Source: Octopus sinensis (Eukaryota). From it: a stretch of DNA of 64,000 nt. Positions 41,671 to 54,962 of the stretch are shown piece by piece. The notes beneath the pieces are model-generated. The model was not told where the DNA came from. It did not search any database and worked only from the letters and a program-made list of their open reading frames with translations. Positions within the stretch are counted from its first letter, which is position 1; the number at the start of each line of letters is the position of its first letter. The translations under genes were made by a program, and so were the position numbers. The DNA lies in NCBI RefSeq assembly GCF_006345805.1, contig NW_021831989.1, positions 372,001-436,000 of the forward strand. Reading direction: 5' to 3'.

Positions 41671-43035
41671 CCGGTAAATACTCTCCATGTATTATCTTGG
41701 CGAGTTCGTCACACAAGTGGTCATGGATTGGGGTAATTTTTTCAGAAAGAAGATATACACCCCGTCGCATCCACTGGCTTTCCAGTTTGTGAGTTGTTTA
41801 ACCACTTCAAGAATTGTTTCTTTGCTAAAATCTGCAAATATGTCCTCTGCTCCAGTGACTCTCTTGCTAATCGGCACTGTACTGCCATCCCTCTCGTGTT
41901 TACTCCATATTTTCTTCCAATAGAAAAGACATTCCCTCTAGTTAAACATGAGTTCTGAAGACGTTTTTCCGTGATTTAATATTCGGTAGAAACGCCGACG
42001 GTTGATTTCAAAGGACCAATTTTCCTCACTAAATTTTCTTCTTGGTTCAGTAAGTCGTAGTTTTTTTCGACAATCTTTATTTCGTCTCCAATTCAAACAG
42101 ATATCCTTCCAAGTTCTTCTCTCTTTGAGTTTTGAAATCCGTATTCACTCAGGGTATCCCTCGTTGCCTTATCGAACTTCGAATTTTCATTTATAAGTCT
42201 GTTCTTACTGTAGTCTGTTCAAGTTTACTCAGTTTTGCTTCCATGTCTCCTTTCTTAGGGGAGTATTTTGTAAGAATGGTATGTCAGCTGTGCGGCATAG
42301 ATGATGTCTGTGATATCATTCAAATTGAAAGGAGGGGGGTTCTTTATATATTCGCAAATCAAATCCATTTATTTCAGACAATATTTCTTTTTAAGTAGTT
42401 GGTATGGGACTTTTGGGCTCGGCTTCTGGATATTTCGAGGGATACACTTTACTTCCTCAATCTTGAAATAGAATTCATTTGAAATAGAATTATCTAAAAT
42501 TAGAGATTTCAGCCATGTGATTCTTTTCTTGATTCATTGGAAAGTTGGACTTTGTTCTCGACATCTGACCCAGACGCTTCACCACAGACTTTGACGTAAA
42601 GAATGATGACAGATTAGCATTGACACCAGACTAGGAGAATAGGAAACAGATTCTTGTGCTACGAGCTGTGCATGGACCACACGGTATACGTTATTGGTGG
42701 TTTCTCTTTCTTTATCTTTCGTAGATAGGTCCATTGGGAACGTTCTGTTAAGCTCACTAGGAATAAACATGCACGTTACAACACAAATATGGCTTTCAGA
42801 CGTCACTTGTTTCGACACATTCTCGAACAAGATTTTCGGACTCTTCCTTTTCTCTGGCTCTGTAGACCCCCGAGAAACGTGATTATTTATTTTATATTTT
42901 TCCTCATCTCATTAGTCTTTATTTTTTTGGAATTTTCTCAGACACAAAATTTGATCTGATTTAAAATTTCAAGATTTTTTACTATTGAAAAATTAATATA
43001 AATTTTAATGTGCATTTTAGTTTTTTGTGGAAACT

Positions 43036-43544
43036 ATGTGTGAGCAAAGAGAAATACAAATGACTTCACCTGCCATATATAATCGAATTGAATCGTTTGG
43101 TATAATACATATTATATATATAAGCTTGGGATGAAACCAATTCTCTTGTCAGCATTTATATTACACCTAACTTTAATTTTGATGAAAATACAATCCAAGT
43201 CACACATTCGACTCTTTGCCACGTTTCCATTTCTTTGAATTCGACTTCCTTTGCTGAATGGAGACTTAATTTAACATTGTTATTTAATGTTATACTTCAG
43301 AGACTAACATAAAAGTAATTTTATAATCTAAAAATGACAGATATCTTCAGGACGAAGAGTGCGGGTGATCATGAAAAAACAGAAGAAACAAAAATGGGGA
43401 AATCTATCGCCCGTTCCGTCTGGGAAATTTAAATTCGGGAAAGATGACGTGATCACAGAGACCAATCGACTTATGGAGGACGAGGAAACCAGAAAATATT
43501 TGAAAGAAGGCTGGCATAGAGCCATGCAGAATGACCATCATTAG
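43036..43544 (+). CDS. CACYBP: CS-domain co-chaperone, calcyclin-binding protein-like (N-terminally shortened)
   Basis: Spliced reading gives IESFAWDETNSLVSIYI, MKKQKKQKWGNL and a C-terminal SGS-like EDEETRKYLKEGWHRA. Confidence 0.65.
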
Positions 43545-44312
43545 TATTATTAATAATACTTATTTTTTTATTAATAAATATAAGTGAGTCACAAAATTTA
43601 TTTTTTAAGTGAATTAGCATTTTTATACCTTCAATGTTGAGATTTATAGGGATATTTTTTATGAACCGCAAATAACTTAATAAATTAAACAACAAATAAT
43701 CAAAATATTTTGTTTAAATTGGCTATTTTAATATATTTTTTTAATTTATTCATTTCCCGTAACAAAAAACTGTGAAGCAACTCCTATATTGAATAAAAAC
43801 TGATTCTCTTCGACAAATTGATTTGACGTGAGTAAAAAAATAAATTCCTCTTTAAACAAAATTCCTTCCTCGAGCAGAGCAAGCCTGATTAGTCGAAATT
43901 AAAAAACAGTAAAAACCAATGATATAAAAGACGTGTTGAACTTCTTGCAACAACACAAACTGTTTGTTCTATTGGGTTGAATAACTTATTTTAATAGTAT
44001 CATTAATAATATCATTGGTGAATGGTGTTAAGGGATTTTTAAAAAAGATATTTTGTAAACAAAACCACAAACAACGACTTTTTTAAAAAATGTCAAAAAT
44101 ATTTTTACCCTTGTGAATTCTCTTGTTTGAGATTAAATGTGGGTAGAAATATTAAAATCTAAATTTTTGTTAAGAATGAGTAATTGACCACGGAAAACTA
44201 ACGGATTTTCTACAAAATGTCAACTGTTAATTTTTCCTAAAATTATTTTTTTAATTGTTTGATTTTTAATAATTTATAAGAACAAAAACTAATTTATAGT
44301 CATAGAAACTGA

Positions 44313-45220
44313 ATGTTGCCATCAAAACTCTGCGAATCTTTAAATTGCATTCAGAACAGTAAAAACGTGGAAATTTTCAACGAAGATTTGGTTTATTTTA
44401 ATAATTTGATCGACACTATCAATAACTTTTCACTTTGCCAACAATTTTTACAAAATTCTAAAGTATTTAACGAGAATTATTATAAAAATGAACTCCTAGG
44501 AATTGAGCCCGGTAAAATTTTTAAATAATTTAAAATAAGAATTCGAAACACTGAAAAACGAACTAATCGAATTCACAACTGAAATTAGTACAAAAATTGA
44601 CAGCGTTGACACAAATTGCCAAAACGCAGTAGAACAATTCAGAGACTGGATTCAGACTCGATTTGAATATTACATCGAGGTATTATAAATCAAAAATAAA
44701 CAAGAAATTTCGACCATATGGGGACACAGTGCAGAAAGCAATGAACGCCTTTACAGACGACATTGGGGTCACCGACAGATTTATAGGTTCGAGAAACAAC
44801 ATTTTAAAACCTTCTGACAAATTTGAGTATAATTCACAAAGTTTTCAGGACAATACTAGTTAACTCCTTATTTTATATTATTAGAACTCGAAAATGAGCA
44901 AGTTGATAGTAATGAATGTTCGTTCACAAACTAATAATTATTTAGACCAAATACAACGAACCGAAACTCCAACTGGTAAAATACTATTCATTCCGTACAC
45001 CGACGAGCGATTTGCTGATACCTCAGAATATATGGACAACTATAAACGACTACAAGTAAAACGAGGAAAGTCTCAGTTTATTATAAACGAAACTCCAAAC
45101 TATTATAAATACGGAAGGGAAATTATGAACTTTGTCCAGCCTAAACTGATATCAGAATACAGCGAAATGTATAAATGGCCCAATAATGAGTTTGCCGAAC
45201 CTGGGATTCCTTGGCTTTAA
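44313..45220 (+). CDS. Hypothetical protein, about 5 exons
   Basis: A continuous reading frame is obtained by removing four short GT-AG introns (about 25-35 nt). No family recognised. Confidence 0.55.
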
Positions 45221-45544
45221 TTAACTTTATATTTCATTTGAACTAACCAAAGATTAATTTATTTTCATAATCTAAATAAACCACATGACACATATTAAAA
45301 GTGCAGTCATTCTTGACGGAGTTGATGACGTTTTTTGATTCTAGTCAATAAAATGTTATTTTCTGAATTTAAAAAAGTCTGAGGAGAAAGATGCGGTTCA
45401 TTTGGAGGATAGTTAGAGAACACTTAATGTCTTCCCAAAGAATAATTTTCTGTAACTTATATTTATTTAGTTATATTTTTGTATTTATAAATATATTCAA
45501 TTTTTGAATAAATAATTAAGTAGAGCACCCTCTTGTTGTGTTGC

Positions 45545-47540
45545 ATGTCACAATGTTACATCTCAGGACTTCCATTTAAAATGGATTTTGGAGTAATAAT
45601 CATATAAAAATTTCAAGACACTTAGAACTCTTCTCAAAAAACAAGATATTTTCACATCAAAGTTGGTTCCTTGCGGAAAAAATGCTCGACTTTTCTTCAA
45701 GTATGAGCACTCTGAGAGTACTCTAAAACACTAGAACTCAAGAAGAGGCAAATCAGTTTATGGCCAAAGTTGAGGAAGGACTTTATATTAAAAAGTCTAA
45801 AATTTCAGCAAAAGTAGAAATAAATTTTCTTATGATAGTTCTGCAAAGAGAAAAAGGAGCCGGTACAAAAAATAGACACTACTGCCCCATCGCAGCACAG
45901 TTTGGACGAGCATGATGGGTATTTCTATATTTTTGTAATTTAATTAGACTTTTGAACGTCGTCTGCCCATTGCACCACATCGAGTATGAAGAACAAATTG
46001 ATGTATTTTTTGTTTTAAATATTAACTACTATAAAAAATTGACATTTAATATTATAAAATTATAGTATAAATCAAACCAAGTAAAAAATTTCTTTCACAG
46101 CAAATTGAAGAAAGAAAAGTGGTTGGACCCAGAAGCCAAATCTCGAATGTACTTGTCCTGATGAGTCCTTTTAGATCAGAGAACATCACGTTTCTCCCTA
46201 CAAAAAAATCAGTTGTGTTTGTGTTCCAATTCCTTTGCAGCCTGTTATAAACGGGTACAGAAATAAGTGCGAATTTTCTATTGGGGCGGGATCTTCGGGG
46301 GGTTGTCTCTCTAATTTGATTTTAGTCATAAAAGTGGGATTCCGACTGAGCAGACACAGCGAGGGAGTGGAAGTCGTATCTCCGGAAGACTGTCCCATTG
46401 TCAGTCCTGTAATGAAGATGATCGTATCTGTACTTAAATTTACTGATTTTACAGGAATTTGCTTTGTATTTGTCAACAAATATGAAAAATGGGTTTTTTG
46501 GTGAACTTGGGATGAGTGTGTTTAATCCGGTGGACAATTCTGGTCATTGGAAGTTGCTGGTTGTCCGAGTTGTGGGTCAAGCTGAGCCTCAAGTTATGAT
46601 CACCGTGGTGGTACATCGCCAGGAACTCACAAATGTGTTTGCGTGTGATTATTGGTAGGACAATCTGGATTTGATAAAGAAAGAGTTGGCTCGCTATTTT
46701 GGACAGTCTTCATTTCCCGTAAAATCTGTCTTTTTTGCCGTCCTGGGTTCCAAGTGAGTGGTTTTGTCAATTTTTGAGGATTTGTCAGTTCACTCCGGAA
46801 GTGCCCTGCGAGCATATTCTGGGAGACCCTTTTGTAGTGGAGAGTGTATGTGGCCTGGATTTTGAAATATCCCCCGCCTCGTTTTTTCAGAGTTTGTATT
46901 ACAACTAACCAAAGTCAACACGTTGGCGAGTCAAGTTCTCTTTGAGTCAGTGGCTGATTTGGTCCTCCAAAATATAAAAGATCCCCAAAATATATGTTTG
47001 CTTGATCTATGTTGCGGGACGGGTACTTTCTCGGTCATTTTATCCAATGTGAGCACATTTATGGATTGTTAAGTTGTTAAAGCCTCGTAAAACTGTTGGG
47101 ATTGAACTATGTCCTGAGGCGGTGTTGAATGCTCGTGTGAATGCTCGGAGAAATAAGATTGAAAATGTTGAATTTATAGCACAAGATATTCGGGAAGCAT
47201 TGCCGACCGTCCTTTCTGGTGTTTCAGAAGAATGTGTGGTGGTATTGGATCCTCCACGCTCGGGAGTTCGTTAGTTTATTAGTAGGAAGTGTAGACCGGA
47301 ATGTAATCGCTGCAATTCGCCGGGAAGAACTGATAAAAACACTCATTTTTGTGAGTTGTTCGTTGGAGCAGGCTTCGAACAATTTTGTGGAGTAATTTTT
47401 GTTGTTTAGATTGTGTTAGTTTACTGAAACAACGGTCAAATCGAATGGCGGGAACTCCGTTTGAAATAAGTTATGTGATGCCTGTTGATCTGTTTCCCCA
47501 TACTCGACATGTAGAGGTGATTGTGTACATGACTCGTTAA
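45545..47540 (+). CDS. TRMT2A: tRNA (uracil-5)-methyltransferase TRM2 homolog with N-terminal RRM
   Basis: GYRNKCEFSIG, FEISPASFFQ/VNT, LDLCCGTGT, GIELCPEAVLNA, LDPPRSG and PVDLFPHTRHVE motifs. Confidence 0.92.
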
Positions 47541-48008
47541 CCTTGCGAACAGATTTTCAGTTTTTTAATAAATTTTGGGTAATGTACATCAAAACGTCGC
47601 AAATTTGGAATAATTATTTACAAACTTTTAAGTCTCGGCCGTAAATGTCTTTAAATTATAAAAATGAACACTGGTAAATAAGTACTCTACTGTCATAATA
47701 AAATACAGATTCATCAGCCACCTCTTTCTTGGCAATATTAAGTGTATTTAAAACAGAATCATTAAGATCAACTTGTCTATCAGACTTTGACTCTCTTAGA
47801 ACTTGATGATGGACTAGTTTTGTTTCCTAATTAGTAGACTGTAAAGGATGGCATATTCTGACCTTTCAAAAAATCTCATGACTACTTTTGAATTGTTATA
47901 TGTACACTTTTTACAATAAAACGCGTTTCCGACAGCACGTGGATTTATTCTCCACATTAGTAGAAATACAAGTTTAGAAACGATTTATTACATAAATATA
48001 AACAACAA

Positions 48009-49215
48009 TCAGTCAAACAATCTTCTTGAAATTTTATCTATCGAAATTATAAAAATTCACTGCCTTGAGAGGGAAGTGGGGAATTCACTCGAGACACCTG
48101 GGGGTGATTTGTCCAGGTGGTAGGCGGTGGACTATTCCGAAAAAAATCGAACGAAATCAACTAAACAAAAAATATTAAAATAAAAATACCTCCGAAGCCA
48201 ATGGACGAGCGAGAGGATTCAGCTGCAGCGAGGCGTCCACAATACAAATCAAATCCACGGGAGCACCAGGAAGCACGGACTGCAGAGGAATGCACGGAAT
48301 ATGATTAAAAGAACAATAATCCGGCAATAACTCGACATTCTATTTTTATCACAAAAATAATGTACCGGCCACGTTTCTTTAGTTGGTGTGCCGCGTGCTG
48401 TGAATATTTTGTACAGTTGGTCCAGGTCAGCTTGTCCAGGAAATAAAGCGTGCTGAAATTTGGAATAATTTAAACTTTTAAATATAATTCTGCCACAATA
48501 CACCCGAAAGCCCAAATGTCCACACACGTGCCGTAGTGTCTGGCCCCTAAAAGAAGTTCCGGGGACCGATACCACCTATAATTCGAGTTAAAATAAGACC
48601 TTGTGGCTACTTGTGGGGTATATTCCTGGTTGGCAGTTCCATAGTTCTTTGCTAGCCCAAAATCGGTGAGTTTAAGAACCCCTTGGCGGCTGACCAACAT
48701 ATTACTGGGTTTGATGTCCTACATTTATTAGAAAACAGTCACTCGGTGAAGTATAAAGCGGCTATGCAGGTAGTCGAGTCCCAGCAGTATCTGATATATA
48801 TAAGACTTGATGTCGGATATGGGGAAAGGACCTTCCCTGCCCTAATGAGGACCTCCAGATCGTTCTCCATGTACTCCACGGCCAGGTATATACATCCGTC
48901 GTTTTCGAATATTTCAATGAGCTATATATGTCATTATATATATACATTTATTATATTTGGATGATTTAATTCTTTTAAATATTTTATTTCTCTTATTGAG
49001 GTTTGGTGGACGCCATCACATTCTCTGTCATTTTGTTTCATCTTTTTAATTATTTGAAATTATCAACTTTTTTGAGTGCTACAAACATATCTGGATTGTC
49101 TTTCTTGTACGCTTTGTAGACCATTGCGTACTGGAATGGTTTGGGGCGGACAAATTACCTGTCCTTCTCCCAGAAATGCAATTCTTTCGTAGGGGAATTG
49201 CGAGTTGCGTTTCAT
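48009..49215 (-). CDS. CDK7: CDK-activating kinase CDK7-like (one apparent 1-nt frameshift near 48815-48845)
   Basis: [64 protein letters not shown] and [10 protein letters not shown]. Confidence 0.85.
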
Positions 49216-50231
49216 GTAACCACGTTCGTCAACCTGCTTATTTTTTTATTAAGAGATTAAACTATATTACTTTAGTTAGTCTAAAATAAATAAAGAAATT
49301 ATATTTTCAATAATTTTCTAAATAAAACTTTATTTTTATTCAGAGGGAAGAAGAGATTTTAAGGTTATTTTCAAAATATTTCGAGATAAAAATTTATTAA
49401 AGAAAACGATTTGGACTAAAAAATAGCCTTTTTAGTTTCATAAAGACTGTTCGAAATGAGCTGTATCATTTTGGGAGGAGATATCTGATTTTCACAAGTT
49501 TAGAAAAAATGATCCAACAAAAAAATTAAAAAAACAACAAACGATAATCTAGTTTCTGTTTGGCTGTTCCAAATAACACAAACATATTGCACATTTACAA
49601 AAAGTACACTAAACATTGAAATCTTTAGGGAAAACCTAATTTACTGTTTTTTTAGTTTATCGGAGGATTATTGACTATATGGTAGTAAAAATACTTTTCA
49701 TAGATCTGAAAATCCGATCCTCAGTTTTTATATTTTCAACTGCTGAAATTTCCAAAAATATTTTGATATAAAAAGTTGTTGGCCACAGAAATGACGATTT
49801 ATTTTGTAACAGAGATGATCTATTTTTTGATTATTAAAATTTTGAAATTATGGTATAAACAGTAGACAAAATTTGTTTTAATTAATTATTTTGGTCAAAA
49901 TTGTTCTCCGTGGTCAATAAGAAATCTTTAAATTTCTTTTAAAACCAAATAATTAAAACATCATTGTCAACATGTGAACAATGTAACTATTAATTAGCAG
50001 CAGTTTTTCTTAAGTAAACGTCACATATGGAAAGTGTCAATTATCTGACTCAATTTCATCTAATTTGATAAATCGAGTGCAATTAATAGGTTAAGTATAT
50101 CAAAACAATATACCTATAATTAGACACTTATAGCAGGTTCTTAATTTACTAATATACTTTTAGGTATCAATTAGATTATGTAGATACAATCACTTTTCTA
50201 AAGAACAAAATATTACTTAATGCCAATTAAT

Positions 50232-51080
50232 TTAATTATTCATTTTGCTTTCAAATTCTGATGCATTTGTTTCAACTTGGTTTTCTTGATTATTTTGATG
50301 TGGACTTGGAATAATATTTTGATAGATAAGTTGGCTTATTAAAGGCTGGTTAATTTCTGTAAACGGAAATTGGAAATAATTTATGCCCACATTTGTGCTA
50401 GGTCTCGCTATATCTTCAATAGACCATATTTTTGGCTTTTCAGTACTCGAATTGTTATTTATCATTTCAGGGACTAATCATTATAGTTTTAAGATTACTA
50501 TTCTCCTCATTTTTGATTGTTAGGGATTTTTTTTGATTATTATTGTCTAATTGAATTGCATTTCTTTCTTTCTTCAAACGCCTTCTGGCATTAGCAAACC
50601 ATGTCGATACCTAAAATATTCAAAAGTTACAATTACTTGTGTAAGGGACATATTTGAAAAAATTCCCAACATTATTTTTTCGTTTTTGGTTGGGTATGGA
50701 TTATAGGAATGAGAGCTTAACCAATTTTTGAGTATTCCTGTTGCTTCTTTAGTCGAAGAACGTTTTCTGAGCAAATTATTGTAATCGAAAACACTAAAAT
50801 GTAAACAAATCTTTTTTGTACTTTATATTATTCAAATAATTATTCATTATAAGTTCATTGGGAGTTTTCAAATTAACCAAATTTAAAACATTTTCCCAAT
50901 ACTGGTCTGGTTTCTTGTAAATTTGTAAAAATATAAATTTACAATTTGGGGATTTGTCTTTTCTGCCTGATAAGGAATATAACGATTTTCAGAATGAGCA
51001 TCGATGCCAATATTCGATTCATTGAGTTTATCAGAATCAGATTCCTTAAAGTTACAATTATTGAGTTGGATACAACGCAT
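50232..51080 (-). CDS. IRX: Iroquois-class TALE homeobox protein; 5' end uncertain
   Basis: TALE homeodomain LKNWLSSHSYNPYPTKNEKIML...MSLTQ/VSTWFANARRRLKKE plus IRO box KPKIWSIEDIA. Confidence 0.93.
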
Positions 51081-52249
51081 TCTACAGAATTGGGAATTTG
51101 CATTTACACGTCAGCCTAGCGTGGAGAATAAGTAATAAATTTGCGTAAATTGTTTTAGACGATTTAATTTGTTTTCTTTCAGTTTTCACCGTATTTTATT
51201 GACAAGATCGATAAAAATATTTTTATTTGAGATAAAATCAGTAAGACAATAAAAATATATTTCAAAGATGTTAGTAATATATGAATTTTTGTAAATGTAT
51301 AAAAAATACTTTAAAAAATCAATTTTATGTATTTTAGTGGATAAAGAGTCGGGAAAATTAATTATTCGTTCATAGAAAGAGAAATCTGAAATAAATTAAA
51401 AATAAATCACTAGAGTTTGCCAAATAATTAAAATTAAAAATATATTGATTTTTCGTATTAAGTGATTTTCTTTTTACACTTGTTTAAACACTATTTTATG
51501 GATAGTTGACTGGATTAGAATAATAAAGAAAATATTATATCCTTCATTATAATTAATAACAGGTGACTGAGTATGGATAGTATATTAGTATTTGAATAAC
51601 AATACATAAATCGATTAATACTTACCTACAGTCTGATCCATGTAACACAAAACTGCTTATAAATTGATTTAATTTAGTCAATTTTAATGTCTTGGAATTT
51701 TTCTCAAAATTTAGGAATGTTTCTATTCATAAATTGTTTAGAACAAGACATATTTGTTTAAAATACATTGTTTGTCTAAAATGACTTTTTATGAATGTTT
51801 ATTTATGCCATTAAAAAATTAATGTATTTTTTAAAAGCAACAAAAACTCATTTCAAATTTATCAGAGATTTATTGAAAGTTGAAATAATTTTCAAGTAAC
51901 AAACTCATCTTGAACATTTAATGTTCGATTGATGTTTAAAAATACATTCTAGGCAAAAACTATTTTTATAACTTCAAAATGAGGTCAACATAATTAAAAA
52001 AGTATTTTGAATCTGCTAAGTAAAAAATGACAAATCAAAATTCTAAAATCTGAAATTCCTAAAGACTATAATATTTAGACAAAACTCAAAATGTTGTGTC
52101 CGTAAATGGAGCATTACAGATTTATAGTTGATTTATATTGGACAAATAAGGAAAAGTGATTACTTAGAAATACTTTCCAAGAAATAAACCCAAACTCTAA
52201 CCTTATTTTAATTATTATTATACACACCACGTGGGAACATAAAGAGAAA

Positions 52250-52612
52250 AGTCATATTTCCACATGTGCCATACGCGATACAACCTTCTTAACTATCGTT
52301 TTCCAACTTCCGCAGATATTGTCCTGTCCACCTATCACGACGCTCTAGAATACTTTTGTTAAACCCGCTTTACTGTACAATTCATCCACATGGGGCATAT
52401 ATGATACCGAACTAAAGAATCTTGATTTGTTTCTTTTTGTCATAAATGATCTACATTGGCCTAAGAAAGTCAACAATTTATCGCTCTAAAGGCTCGGTAA
52501 CTCGTTGCCAATCAGCCGGGGCATCGTAGACGGCTGCTGGAGATATTTATCACATCCTAAAAATGGATCCAAATTCGCCTGACTATCGTTTCATGAAAGA
52601 ATATTTTCTGCC
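52250..52612 (+). mobile_element. RTE-like LINE C-terminal fragment
   Basis: FVKPALLYNSSTWG..ELKNLDLF, HWPKK and HILKMDPNSP...MKEYF across frameshifts. Confidence 0.6.
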
Positions 52613-52614
52613 AG

Positions 52615-53085
52615 ATTTATTTATTTATTTATTAACTCCAAGATCACCGAGAAAGATAGGTCAGAACTAACTAATTAGGTGATCCCTGCCTCCAACAACA
52701 GCCGTACTCTCCTTGCATGATCTTCTGATGACCCGACCGTAATCCGGAAATGCCTTCTCTTCCTTCTGCAGAGGAACTCAATTGGAGTGCATTTCTTTAT
52801 AACCGACCGAAATTCCTCTGCATGGGCCACCTTTTCCTTGAGTGGGTTTCCTAGTTCCTTGCAGAAACGTAAGAAACCCTGTCCATTCTTCTGCATCGCC
52901 TCCTCGGAAGCAAGGCTGCCAACTGAGGTGTCAGTGTGGAGCATAATCTTCCTTCTGAGTGAGTTCAAACGTTCCGCTTTCGAACAAGCAATTGCAAACC
53001 TCCAGGCTGAGCAGGCATACTCAACCGTCGGGGCAATCACTTGTTGGTATACCTTGGTCTGCCAGATGGATCTAAACTTTAAAAA
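52615..53085 (-). mobile_element. LINE 3' fragment with (TAAA)n tail
   Basis: IAPTVEYACSAW..RLNSLRRKIM ORF ends at 52675, followed by a short UTR and a TAAA repeat tail. Confidence 0.7.
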
Positions 53086-53737
53086 TTTTCTTATGAAAGA
53101 ATTGGAAATAAATTTTATAATGTAACTTTATTCAGAATATATTTAAATATTAATTATCAATTTAATTTCGTGGTTGTACCATAAGTCTGGCTTCTTTTAA
53201 ATGTATTTTAGATGGATGATGGTTCAAATATACCGATCCCGAGTCCACTAACTTGGCTAGAGGAAGGAGAGAACCTCGATAGGCAACTGACATCCAAGAC
53301 ACTGGAAGATCTCAAAAATTTTTGCTCTAATAACCAAAGCAATGATTTCCTTGTGTCTGGATTTAGAGAATCAGTGAATCCCTACAAATCTGGTGGATGC
53401 ATAATTTTATAATATTCTAAACTAATTATTAGATAATTTATTCAGAAATTCAATTTTTTCTATTTATTTAATATATCCCCACGTTTTTTCCTAGGCTGAG
53501 TACATTTTTTTTATTTCTAGTCTATTTTGAGTGACTACAAATTTCTTTTGTCTATAGACTTTGTTAGTTCATACATCCAACCTGTTTATGAATTTTAAAG
53601 AAATATAAAAGTAGCAAATAACCAGCTGAGATGTCTGTAATATGCGAAGCCTTTACATTATTTTTCAGATATGGTAATGTGATTTATCATGATTATTCCT
53701 AATTCATTTATATAATTATCATTAATTATTAAAAATG

Positions 53738-53861
53738 CAGATCCAGTCTTTCCTGACATTTAGTCAGCTGGACTATATTGAAGGTCTACAAAGCCAGAGA
53801 ATAAGAGGAAAAAAATGCATGAAGTGCCAACTCCTGTTTACTCTAAACGCTCAAGACTTAG
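53738..53861 (+). mobile_element. Decayed copy of the R4-like LINE 3' tail
   Basis: gatccagtctttcctgacatttagtcagc...gaaggtctacaaagccagagaa...gacttag aligns with 36110-36254. Confidence 0.65.
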
Positions 53862-54628
53862 GCATTCTTTTTTATTAACAAAAGATGTTTAATTTAAAAG
53901 TCATTTTATGACATCAATTGCAACATGCCAATTTCCATTTAACTACATGTTTTTCAAAGAAAAGTGTCATTCAAAATGTCATTTAATTTCCTTCTAAGAA
54001 TGGTCCGAACTTTTGAGACGAGGAAACTGATTTTTTGATGAAAAAATTAGTGATGCAGTCCACACGTTTTCCTTCTCTGGGGTTTCGAGCGAAAAATTTA
54101 TGGAAAACACTTTGATCCTGCTTCTAATTAGTTTTTTATTTATTTCTGACGACTAATTAAAAATTTCTCTCCAGTTTTTGTTAATTCAGTATTCAAATGC
54201 AATTTTAATTAACCAAAAGTGACATACCAAAAAGACAACTTCAAAAAGAGATCATTTTTACAAAAATTTGCAATAAATTTGTGACTTTTGGTGATGGAAA
54301 TGCAATGAATATCACCAAATGGTTCTTCTAATTGGCGTCATCTTAATTATGATTTTGCTAATATGTAAATCGACTTTTAAATTTTACATTCTAGTTACAA
54401 TAAAACATTTTTGACTACTTTTCTATTAACAACCGCGACTTATTAAAGTCATAGACGACTAGTAAAGAAAAATTACAGACATTATTTCCTAAGAGTAAAA
54501 AACCTGAATATTTAAATTAAAATAAATTGTTTAAAATATGGACTTTTAAAAAAATTATATTTTGATTTCTTGTGGTTCATCAATTAATTGGTTTATAATT
54601 TGTTAATAGTGAACTATTTATTTTAATA

Positions 54629-54962
54629 ATGAAACTCGTTTTTGGGAATAAACTCAGAGAAATTCGATTTTTACTTTGCCAAGTGTCAGAATCAAGTAAC
54701 GCGATCAGGCAGTGAAAAACTGACTTAAAAATAGGCAATTTATTTTAACTAACTACATGAGCTTGAAGAAACAAAATGAAGATCTTCCACTATTAGTAAG
54801 GGAATCCGTGGGGACGGAGCCCCGCATTTATGCCAGATTCGGTCACTGATTTTATTTTATAACACAGAAAAAGGAGAAGAACGGTTTTTTAATGTTTCGA
54901 ATGTGCAACAAGGAGACATACATTCCATCTTCAGGCTTATTGAGACACGCAGTAAGAGTTGA
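54629..54962 (+). CDS. NDUFA2: NADH dehydrogenase 1 alpha subcomplex subunit 2 (B8)
   Basis: KLREIRFLLCQ..S..IR.FI..NYMSLKKQNEDLPLLVRES.GTEPRIYARF, with two short introns. Confidence 0.88.

Larger units (their letters stand above)
39060..42890 (-). mobile_element. Second, diverged and degenerate R4/Dong-like element, carrying two nested insertions and lacking most of the RT core
   Basis: WKASGCDGVYIFFLKK, NYYIGLVNIEP..KERLYLPRGQLGRGL, VDHLATRC..DYLRRHNEIVKCIHL and NKPDIFILDK motifs. Confidence 0.85.

Noticed and set aside
47620-47957. Possible small minus-strand gene with a CxxC (YCKKCTYNN) motif between TRMT2A and CDK7
   Set aside because: Could not build a convincing spliced ORF or a complete zinc-finger pattern by hand.
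48811-48850. Frameshift in CDK7 as possible programmed ribosomal frameshifting
   Set aside because: One base is missing in a region of G/C runs, there is no in-frame X XXY YYZ slippery site, and the gene is normally essential. An assembly or sequencing indel is far more likely; raw reads would settle it.
51618-51630. ATACTTACCT resembling the U1 snRNA 5' end (similar motif at about 62587)
   Set aside because: No downstream U1 stem-loops or Sm site. The motifs are better explained as reverse complements of GTAAGT splice donors on the minus strand.
54703-54735. Possible GC-AG intron in NDUFA2
   Set aside because: A GT donor 3 nt downstream gives an equally in-frame 23-nt canonical intron, so a non-canonical site is not required.
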